Shown: one piece after another, positions 28,724 through 35,629 of the stretch
Numbering within the stretch: position 1 is the first letter of the stretch
Layout of the letters: every line of letters starts with the position of its first letter
Source: Acidobacteriota bacterium
Lineage (GTDB): Bacteria; Acidobacteriota; UBA4820; DSQY01
Direction: 5' to 3'
DNA: 35,629 nt
Assembly: GCA_049967655.1 (NCBI GenBank)
Contig: JBMFSH010000029.1
Location: 1-35,629 of the forward strand
The notes under the pieces: model-generated
What the model was told of the DNA's origin: nothing
The model's input: the letters and a program-made list of their open reading frames with translations, nothing else
Database searches by the model: none
Made by a program: the position numbers and the translations under genes

Positions 28724-29608
28724 ATGGCCGATGACCTGTTCCGGTACGCGAAGCCCTTCCGGGTGACGGACGGCAAGGGATTTCGCCTCAAGAGCGTGGA
28801 CCCCGGCGAGACGCTGGGGCTCGAATCCAAGAAGCACGCGGAGAAGCTGCTCGCCGAGGGCATCGCCCGTATGGTGGACCAGCAGGAGAAGCTCTACGCC
28901 CAGGACCGCTGGGCCGTGCTCCTCGTCTTTCAGGCCATGGACGCGGCGGGCAAGGACGGCGCCATCAAGCACGTCATGTCGGGCGTGAACCCGCAGGGGT
29001 GCCAGGTCCACTCCTTCAAAGCCCCCTCCGCCGAGGAGCTGGACCACGACTACCTGTGGCGCGCCAGCACGCGCCTGCCGGAGCGCGGGCGCATCGGCAT
29101 CTTCAACCGCTCCTACTACGAGGAGGTGCTCGTGGTGCGGGTCCACCCGCCCATCCTGGCGAGCCAGAAGCTTCCGCCCTCCCTGGTCACGAAGGAGATT
29201 TGGAAGCACCGCTACGAGGACATCAACGCCTTCGAGCACTATCTGAGCCGCAACGGGGTGGCCATCCGGAAGTTCTTCCTCCACCTGTCCAGGGAGGAGC
29301 AGAAGCGGCGCTTCCTGGAGCGGCTGGAGGAGCCCGAGAAGAACTGGAAGTTCTCCAGCGCCGACGCCAAGGAGCGCGCGCTCTGGGACGACTACGCGGA
29401 GGCCTACGAGCAGATGATCCGCCACACGAGCACGGAGGAGGCTCCCTGGTACGTCGTGCCGGCCGACCACAAGTGGTTCACCCGCCTGGCGGTGGCGGCG
29501 GCCGTGGTGGAGACGCTGGAGTCGCTCAAGCTCGCCTTCCCCAAGGTGGACGGCGCCCGCAAGAAGGAGCTCGAAGCCGCCAGAAAGGTGCTGGAGGGAG
29601 AGGGCTGA
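28724..29608 (+). CDS. ppk2: Polyphosphate kinase 2 family protein, probably class III
   Basis: GGAGG RBS; Walker A DAAGKDG, FKAPS, FNRSYYEEVL, KNWKFS..D..ER and PWYVVPADHKW. Confidence 0.93.
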   Translation: MADDLFRYAKPFRVTDGKGFRLKSVDPGETLGLESKKHAEKLLAEGIARMVDQQEKLYAQDRWAVLLVFQAMDAAGKDGAIKHVMSGVNPQGCQVHSFKAPSAEELDHDYLWRASTRLPERGRIGIFNRSYYEEVLVVRVHPPILASQKLPPSLVTKEIWKHRYEDINAFEHYLSRNGVAIRKFFLHLSREEQKRRFLERLEEPEKNWKFSSADAKERALWDDYAEAYEQMIRHTSTEEAPWYVVPADHKWFTRLAVAAAVVETLESLKLAFPKVDGARKKELEAARKVLEGEG

Positions 29609-29628
29609 GGAGCCGCCGGACAAGCAAA

Positions 29629-29662
29629 GGCGGGAGGAGGCCTGCGGGGCCGCCCTCCCGCC
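29629..29662 (-). terminator. GC-rich hairpin between convergent ppk2 and chalcone-isomerase-like genes
   Basis: GGCGGGAGG...CCTCCCGCC stem, followed by TTTGCTT on the minus strand. Confidence 0.55.
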
Positions 29663-29690
29663 GGTACGTGGTCGCCTCAGCGAAGGAGCC

Positions 29691-30260
29691 TCACTTGCCC
29701 AGCAGCCCCTCCTTGAGCTCCTTGTTGGGCGGGTTGGGGCCGAGCCAGATGGCGAAGAGGGCGCGGGCGAAGTCGGCGCCCTCGATGACGCCCATCTCCT
29801 TGCCCTTGATCTCCACCTTCGTTCCGGTACCGGGCAGGTAGGTCAGCACGGCCACGTCGCCCGTCTTCATGTCGGACCAGTAGCCGTTGAAGGTATCCAG
29901 GCGAGCCTTGAGCGTCGGCATCATGTCGTGCGAGTTCTTTTCAAAGCCCTCGGTCCAGCCCTCCACCAGTTTGTCCTTGCCCACGTCCTTGTACAGGAAG
30001 TGCATCACGATCTGCTTGGGCTCGTTGGCCGAGAGGATGGCCTCCGGGTTCGAGGAGCGGGCGGGCAGGTAGAGGCCCGCCACGTAGACCTTGATCCCGA
30101 TGAAGGCCACCTTCTTGATGCGGACCCCCATGCCGTTCAGCGTGAGCGTGGAGCCGCCCACGGTCACCTGGTCCGGCATGGTCACCCCTTGCAGCTCCTT
30201 CGCGTAGATCCATCCTCCGATCAACATCAATGCCAACACCACCACCCCGATCCGACGCAT
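29691..30260 (-). CDS. Secreted chalcone isomerase-like family protein
   Basis: Signal peptide, LTLNGMGVR, IKVYVAGLYL, FARALFAIWLG and LKEGLLG. Confidence 0.85.
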   Translation of the reverse strand: MRRIGVVVLALMLIGGWIYAKELQGVTMPDQVTVGGSTLTLNGMGVRIKKVAFIGIKVYVAGLYLPARSSNPEAILSANEPKQIVMHFLYKDVGKDKLVEGWTEGFEKNSHDMMPTLKARLDTFNGYWSDMKTGDVAVLTYLPGTGTKVEIKGKEMGVIEGADFARALFAIWLGPNPPNKELKEGLLGK

Positions 30261-30410
30261 GGCACCCTCCTTTGGCCCCAACATAAAAAGGCTCTGGAGA
30301 TAGGATACAGCGAAAGGGACGCGCGCTCAACGGGCCGTGGCGAAGGGCATCTCGCGCTTCAAGGGCATCATCACCGCCGCCTCCGCGCCGCCGAGGGTTC
30401 ATCCCGAGGG

Positions 30411-30451
30411 CGCCTTCGAAGGGCCGCCCCCCATGCCCTCATCACCTCATC
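30411..30451. repeat. Left copy of an imperfect inverted repeat flanking the acyl-CoA dehydrogenase gene (partner 32387-32424)
   Basis: Shares CGCCTTCGAAGG (12 bp) and GCCCTCATCACCTCATC (17 bp) with the reverse complement of 32387-32424. Confidence 0.75.
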
Positions 30452-30587
30452 TCCTTCTCCCCCTCCCTGCTCTCCGTGGTGAGCCCTCCCTTCCTTCTAC
30501 CCCCCGCGCCCGGAGCTTGCGCGGCCGGGCATTCGGCGGTACAACAGTGAACTCGCCGGCCTGGGCCGGCCCATATTGGAGGGGGCC

Positions 30588-32282
30588 ATGATCCTGATCA
30601 ATCCCAAGAAGCTGACCCGCACCTACCCGGAAGCTCGCTCCGGCGAGATCATGCGCAAGACCGTGGAGTTCTTCGAGCGCAAGGGGCTCACGAAGGTCAA
30701 GGAGGACGACCAGGCCCGCGTCTGGTACCAGGACTTCATCGACTTCCTCAAGGAGGAGAAGGTCTTCGGAACGCTCCTGGCGCCGCCCGAGTACGGCGGC
30801 GAGGCGGCTCGCTGGGACACCTGGCGCAACTGCGAGTTCAACGAGATCCTCGGCTTCTACGGCCTCTGCTACTGGTACACGTGGCAGGTGACCATTCTGG
30901 GCCTCGGCCCCATTTGGATGAGCAAGAACGAGGCGCTCAAGAAAAAGGCGGGGAAGATGCTCCAGGAGGGGGGCATCTTCGCCTTCGGCCTCTCGGAGAA
31001 GGAGCACGGGGCCGACATCTACTCCACCGACATGATGCTCAAGCCCCAGCCCGACGGGACCTTCCTCGCGGACGGCGACAAGTACTACATCGGCAACGGC
31101 AACGAGGCGGCCATGGTCTCCACCTTCGGCAAGATGGCCGACACGGGCGACTACGTCTTCTTCGCCGTGAGCCCCAAGCACCCCAAGTTCGAGCTCGTCA
31201 AGAACATCACCCCCAGCCAGTCCTACGTGGCCGAGTACGTCCTCCACGACTACCCCATCACCGAGGCCGACCTCCTCTCGCGCGGCCAGGAGGCCTGGGA
31301 CACCTCTCTCAACACCGTCAACGTGGGCAAGTACAACCTAGGGTGGGCCTCCATCGGCATCTCTACCCACGCCCTCTACGAGGCCATCCGCCACGCCGCC
31401 AACCGCCACCTCTACCACATGACGGTGACGGACTTCCCCCACGTCAAGCAGCTCTTCACCGACGCCTACGCAAGGCTCTGCGCCATGAAGCTCTTCGCCC
31501 TGCGGGCCTCGGACTACCAGCGGAGCGCCTCGCTCGAGGACCGCCGCTACCTGCTCTACAACCCCATGGTCAAGATGAAGGTGACCACCCAGGCCGAAGA
31601 GGTCGTCAACCTCATGTGGGACGTCATCGCCGCCAAGGGCTTCGAGAAGGACACGTACTTTGAGATGGCGGCCCGCGACATCCGCGCCCTGCCCAAGCTC
31701 GAAGGCACGGTCCACGTCAACATCGCCCTCATCGTCAAGTTCCTCGCCAACTACTTCTTCAACCCGCAGGAGTACCCGCCGGTACCCGAGAGGAAGGAGC
31801 CCCTCCACGACGCCTTCCTCTTCGCCCAGGGCCCCGCGCGCGGGCTGGGCAAGATCCGCTTCCACGACTACAAGCTCGCCTACGGCCTCTACGACACCCC
31901 CAACTTGGCCCTCTTCAAGGAGCAGGTCTCCACCTTCAAGGGGATGCTCGCCAAGGCCTCGCCCACCCCCGAACAGGCCAAGGACACGGACTTCCAGCTC
32001 GCCGTGGGCGAGCTCTTCGCCCTGGTCGTCTACGGCCAGCTCATCCTCGAAATGGCCAAGCTCCACGACGTGGGCGCCGATCTCGTCGACCAGATCTTCG
32101 ACTTCATGGTCCGCGACTTCTCCAAGTACGCCCTCCAGATCACCTTCAAGCCTAGCGCCACCCCCGCCCAGGTGGAGTTCTGCCAGAAGATGATCCGGCG
32201 GCCCGCCCACGACGAGGCCCGCTTCCAGCGCGTCTGGGCCGAGGTGTACGCGTTGAAGGATGCGTACGAGATGAACCCGTAG
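30588..32282 (+). CDS. Acyl-CoA dehydrogenase family protein
   Basis: FAFGLSEKEHGAD, GDKYYIGNGN, NVGKYNLG and ALPKLEGTVHVN; GGAGG RBS. Confidence 0.9.
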   Translation: MILINPKKLTRTYPEARSGEIMRKTVEFFERKGLTKVKEDDQARVWYQDFIDFLKEEKVFGTLLAPPEYGGEAARWDTWRNCEFNEILGFYGLCYWYTWQVTILGLGPIWMSKNEALKKKAGKMLQEGGIFAFGLSEKEHGADIYSTDMMLKPQPDGTFLADGDKYYIGNGNEAAMVSTFGKMADTGDYVFFAVSPKHPKFELVKNITPSQSYVAEYVLHDYPITEADLLSRGQEAWDTSLNTVNVGKYNLGWASIGISTHALYEAIRHAANRHLYHMTVTDFPHVKQLFTDAYARLCAMKLFALRASDYQRSASLEDRRYLLYNPMVKMKVTTQAEEVVNLMWDVIAAKGFEKDTYFEMAARDIRALPKLEGTVHVNIALIVKFLANYFFNPQEYPPVPERKEPLHDAFLFAQGPARGLGKIRFHDYKLAYGLYDTPNLALFKEQVSTFKGMLAKASPTPEQAKDTDFQLAVGELFALVVYGQLILEMAKLHDVGADLVDQIFDFMVRDFSKYALQITFKPSATPAQVEFCQKMIRRPAHDEARFQRVWAEVYALKDAYEMNP

Positions 32283-32293
32283 GGGGGGTAGGT

Positions 32294-32424
32294 GATGAGG
32301 GGATGAAGCGATTGAGTGATTAAGCAATTAAGCGATGAGGTGATGAGGGCGCGGGGGGCTTGGCGGCCGAGATGGGGGGATGAGGGGATGAGGTGATGAG
32401 GGCGTGAGGAGGCCTTCGAAGGCG
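32294..32424. repeat. Tandem octamer array (7 units) plus the right inverted-repeat copy
   Basis: gatgaggg gatgaagc gattgagt gattaagc aattaagc gatgaggt gatgaggg at 32294-32349. GATGAGGTGATGAGGGCG occurs at 32334 and again at 32387. Confidence 0.75.
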
Positions 32425-32469
32425 GCGCCTGAGCGGATCCCTTCGTCAGTCCTTTACTCCTTTGCCCGT

Positions 32470-32494
32470 GTAGGAGCGCTCTCCAGAGCGCGAT
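32470..32494 (+). repeat. GTAG-family REP element
   Basis: GTAG-GA-GCGCTCT-CC-AGAGCGC-GAT: GTAG tetranucleotide followed by a perfect 7-bp palindrome. Confidence 0.7.
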
Positions 32495-32518
32495 GGCTCA
32501 CTAAAGTGAAGGAACCAG

Positions 32519-32604
32519 GCCCAACAGTGTTGCCGCGGACCGGATCCTGCGCACCCGATCCGCTGAGCGCCGGATGCCCGATCCGCTGAACGCGGGCGTT
32601 GAGG
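32519..32604 (+). mobile_element. Degenerate integron attC-like site
   Basis: R''-like GCCCAAC, L''-like TTGCCGCGGA pairing with L'-like TCCGCTGAA, and R'-like GTTGAGG. 86 bp long, 40 bp upstream of an RBS and ORF. Confidence 0.6.
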
Positions 32605-32644
32605 ATGATCGAATCTGTTGGCATTCATAAGGGGGGAAACCGAC

Positions 32645-32814
32645 ATGGACATTCCACGAATCTTCAACATCACTGAAAGCGCTCACCGCATCCACAACCC
32701 GATCACGCCCGAAAAGCTCGCCACTCTGGGCGCGGCGCTGCGTCTGGAGCCGGGGACTCGGGTGCTCGACCTCGGCAGCGGTTCGGGGGAGATGCTGTGC
32801 ACCTGGGCACGCGA
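32645..32814 (+). pseudogene. Truncated YjhP-like class I SAM methyltransferase, probably a gene cassette
   Basis: MDIPRIFNITESAHRIHNP...VLDLGSGSGEMLCTWAR matches the YjhP-type N-terminus as I recall it. Homology ends about 6 bp before the 32821 inverted repeat. Confidence 0.8.
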
Positions 32815-32820
32815 AAGTAT

Positions 32821-33408
32821 GGGGTCAGGTCTTTACTGTTAGTATCTCTGTCCACGGCCGGCCCCTATCTCCTTTTCCTTTCGGTCTTACCTTCTTGTCG
32901 CTTCTCCAGCTTCTTGGCACGGACGATGCCGCTGACGGTGACGTAGTGCAAGCCGAGGTAATCCGCGATCTCCCGCTGGCTGAAACGCCCCTCGATGTAA
33001 GCATCGTAGACGGCCTCGTTCCTCTTTGCCCGGTCCTCGCAAAGGTCCAAGGGCAGGTAAGACACCAGATCGGGCCAATCCGGGCGGCGCTGGCGCCTCG
33101 GATGTTCGCGAACCTCCTCCTTGTCCCCGAGCAGGCCCCTCAGGCGCGCCCCGAATCCCTCCGACCCGATCCACAAGCCGGCGCTCTTCCAGCTTCGGTT
33201 TCTGTCCCATGCCCTCGGCCACGAAGCGCCGGTACCCTTGTCGGGCCTTGGCCCTCTCTTTGCCGAAGCGCGACAAAATCCATGATAGCGCTAGCCAGGG
33301 CGGCGGCGACTCCCGCCCCGCTGTGGCGCGATAGCTGCTCCACACTCACTCAGAGATGCTATGGCTGCAGGATAGCACAAGTGAGGCTAATATTAAAGAC
33401 CTGACCCC
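32821..33408 (-). mobile_element. Non-autonomous RAYT/Y1-type (HUH) transposase element with 22-bp imperfect terminal inverted repeats; transposase internally deleted and frameshifted
   Basis: Ends GGGGTCAGGTCTTTACTGTTAG (32821-32842) and, on the reverse strand, GGGGTCAGGTCTTTAATATTAG (33387-33408). Inside are WSSYRATAG..P.WL...ILSRFG....A...YRRFVAEG and a C-terminal HTH SQREIADYLGLHYVTVS in two frames. No HUH motif remains. Confidence 0.8.
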
Positions 33409-33420
33409 GTTTTTCCTATA

Positions 33421-33437
33421 TTAAGTTAGCGCTTATG
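33421..33437 (-). mobile_element. Solo IS4-family (IS186/IS421-like) terminal inverted repeat
   Basis: Reverse complement CATAAGCGCTAACTTAA matches the outer part of the IS186 end as I recall it and is followed by CCCC. No partner end or transposase in the window. Confidence 0.6.
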
Positions 33438-33511
33438 CCCCTTGCCCCGCCTCCCTTCTTTTCTTTCTCCGTGCTCTCCGTGGTGAATCCTGAATCGCCT
33501 CCTCGGCCGCC

Positions 33512-35494
33512 CTACCAGCTAAAGGTGAAGGGGGCGGAGGTGCTGGCCTCGTCGTCGTTGGTGACGCTGACGGAGACGGCGGCGCCCTTGGGGACCATGG
33601 CCTTGAGGGTCTTGCCCCGGCCGGCGAGGAGGGTGCCGTTGCGCTTGAGGGTGGTGATGGGCGCGGCGGTGCCGTTGATTTTAACGGTGCACTGGCTGTG
33701 GAAGAGAGAGCCCGCGATGGCGAGGCGGAAGGGGCTGCCGAGCTTGCGGACGCTGGTGATGACGGGCACGTCCACGTAGCGGAAGCCCTGAACCAGGCTG
33801 GCGGTGCGGCCGTCTGGATTGGTGACGGCGATGGTGGCGGGGCCGTCGGCGTGGGGCGGAGCGACGGCGGTGAGAGTGCCGTCGGCGTTGAGGACGGCGT
33901 CGGCGGCGGGCTGGCCGCCGAAGGTGACGGAGGCGCCGGAGAGGAAGCTGGTGCCCGAGATGGTGACGGCGGTCCCGCCCAGGGTGGAGCCCTGCGCGGG
34001 CTGGACGGAGGTGACGTTGAGCCCGGGGGCGAGCTTGGCGAAGGCCTTCAGGCAGAAGGTTCGCTGAATGCCGTCGGAGGAGGCGTAGAGGTCCTCCCAG
34101 CTCTGGCCGTCGGCGCTGGCGAAGGTCTGCCCGGGGGCCGAGGGCGCTTTACTGCTGTAGCCGGCCTGGGCCTCCTGAACTGCGAGGGGATAGTCGTAGC
34201 CCGGGGTGGTGAGCTCCAGCACGACGGAGAAGGTCTCCCCGGGTGCGACGGCGACGGGCGTGTCGAGGGGCAGGGTGAGGTAGCCGGCCTCGGGGAGGCT
34301 CCCGCTCTGGGACTCGGCGAGGTTGCCGGAGGCGGGGCTCCCGTCTCCGTCCGTGTAGAGGCTGAGGGTGTAGGAGCCGCCGGTGGTGGTGTTGTAGAAG
34401 CTTACGGCGGAGACATCCTGGCTCCCCGTGGCCGTGAAGACGCCGGCTCCCCACGCCGTGTCGCCACCGTAGCCCACGTTGTCCACCCAGCCGAGGGGAT
34501 CGTACTGGTAGATCACGTCGTAGTCGCTCAGGGGCTCGGCGGTGAAGATCCGCGCGTAGCCGCCCGCCCAGGTGTCGTAGTAGGAGATGTAGAAGTAGCC
34601 GTTGTCGCCCCAGGAATCACCCCAGCTGTTCTTGATGATGAAGGCGCCGTTGCCCGGCGGCTGGGGCCTGAAGTTGCTCTTGTCGTAGTTGTCGTCCCAG
34701 CCCACGAGGGTCACGGAGTGGTTGGGCTGGACCTTGCCGCTGTAGTAGTAGGCGTTGGTGGAGCCGTTGAAGGAGGAGTCGCCCCAGTACATGGAGACGT
34801 TGACGGCCCCGTAGGTCATGACGGCGGCCTTGATGGCGTCGTTGTCGGTGGGGCTCGTCCGGTCCGGCAGGGCGTAGACGTCCTGCACGTGCAGGCGCGC
34901 CGGGAGCCCCAGGGGGGAGACACCGGAGAAGGCGTTGTAGGGATCGTCGGCCTCGCTCACGGGCCCGCTCCAGCGGGCGAGGTAGGCCGTGGCCATGAGG
35001 TCGTCGCCGCCGTCGCACGGGCCCAGGTCGAAGCCCGCGAGGTCCTTCAGGTTGTTCTCAGAGAAGTCCCAGCTCTCCGCCGGCAGGCAGGTGGATTCGA
35101 GGGAGCCGTAGGTGCCGAAGGTCCAGCAGGAGCCGCACGCCCCCTGGTCCCGCACGGGGGTGACCTTGCCGAGCGTGCGCAGATCGAAGGATGCGGGCAG
35201 GTCCGTCTCGGCGCGCCGCAGGTCGAGGGGCCGGCGGCCGGCGTTGTGGGAGAGGTCCACCGGCGGCGGGAACCAGCCGAGGCCGTGGCCGCTCGCGGTG
35301 GCGAGCTGGGGAGCGGCCTCCTGCCTCTGCTGAACAGCTTGAACGAAGGCGGGGTTCGGGGGGGCCTGCTGGAGCGGAGGAGCGCTCTGGCCCCACGAGG
35401 GCAGGCTCAAGAAAAAGGCCGCGGCGAGCAGGAACCCCACCGTGCCGTGAAACGCTCCGATTCCTCCTAGCCCCTTCTTTCCTGTCCGCCTCAT
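33512..35494 (-). CDS. Secreted papain-like (C1A) cysteine protease with lectin-like domain, IPT/TIG domain and a further C-terminal beta domain
   Basis: GGAGGA RBS before ATG 35494, signal peptide, LPASFDLR, catalytic QGACGSCWTF, NHSVTLVGW and IKNSWG; YQYDPLGW (lectin-like); VTSVQP.QG...GGT.VTISG (TIG). Confidence 0.9.
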   Translation of the reverse strand: MRRTGKKGLGGIGAFHGTVGFLLAAAFFLSLPSWGQSAPPLQQAPPNPAFVQAVQQRQEAAPQLATASGHGLGWFPPPVDLSHNAGRRPLDLRRAETDLPASFDLRTLGKVTPVRDQGACGSCWTFGTYGSLESTCLPAESWDFSENNLKDLAGFDLGPCDGGDDLMATAYLARWSGPVSEADDPYNAFSGVSPLGLPARLHVQDVYALPDRTSPTDNDAIKAAVMTYGAVNVSMYWGDSSFNGSTNAYYYSGKVQPNHSVTLVGWDDNYDKSNFRPQPPGNGAFIIKNSWGDSWGDNGYFYISYYDTWAGGYARIFTAEPLSDYDVIYQYDPLGWVDNVGYGGDTAWGAGVFTATGSQDVSAVSFYNTTTGGSYTLSLYTDGDGSPASGNLAESQSGSLPEAGYLTLPLDTPVAVAPGETFSVVLELTTPGYDYPLAVQEAQAGYSSKAPSAPGQTFASADGQSWEDLYASSDGIQRTFCLKAFAKLAPGLNVTSVQPAQGSTLGGTAVTISGTSFLSGASVTFGGQPAADAVLNADGTLTAVAPPHADGPATIAVTNPDGRTASLVQGFRYVDVPVITSVRKLGSPFRLAIAGSLFHSQCTVKINGTAAPITTLKRNGTLLAGRGKTLKAMVPKGAAVSVSVTNDDEASTSAPFTFSW

Positions 35495-35629
35495 CCCCGA
35501 TCCTCCTGCCATGGTTTGGTCACGCGTCACGGTGGCGCGGTTCTGCGCGCCGGCAGAACCACCAGATGATTGTAAGCAGAAGGAGGCCCGCTGACAAGAA
35601 GCCGGCGCCCCCTCAGTCCCAAATTCCAG

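Noticed and set aside
32865..33176. Stand-alone HTH regulator or toxin gene
   Set aside because: It continues the WSSY-containing transposase remnant across a frameshift and lies inside the terminal inverted repeats.

Overview
High-GC bacterial chromosomal window. It begins inside a CRISPR array (37-bp repeat, 4 spacers, no cas genes in view). Next comes a minus-strand arginine operon: argG, an unknown gene fragment fused to argC, argD, argF', argB, argE, argH. It uses the acylornithine-transcarbamylase route and has no argA/argJ. This operon is joined head-to-head to a heavily decayed gltBD operon, and positions 4.6-11.3 kb carry many deletions, several with apparent microhomology at the junction. 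Downstream are a secreted prolyl oligopeptidase and two convergent diguanylate cyclases. Then comes a metY-metX-lysC-asd operon with a strong sigma70 promoter, a SAM-II riboswitch and an intrinsic terminator; the asd 3' end is perfectly duplicated over 106 bp. Assorted metabolic genes follow (YncE-like propeller, APC permease, methyltransferase, PPK2, chalcone-isomerase-like protein, acyl-CoA dehydrogenase). A 1.2-kb mosaic of mobile-element remains holds a GTAG REP, an attC-like site with a truncated yjhP-like cassette, a RAYT/Y1-transposase remnant with terminal inverted repeats and a solo IS186-like end. The window ends with a secreted papain-family protease. Best leads: a predicted succinylated arginine pathway with a DUF1611/DgcN-like candidate in place of ArgA, a SAM-II aptamer coupled to a terminator, and the clustered deletion decay. 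All family assignments come from motif recognition by eye; no searches were run.
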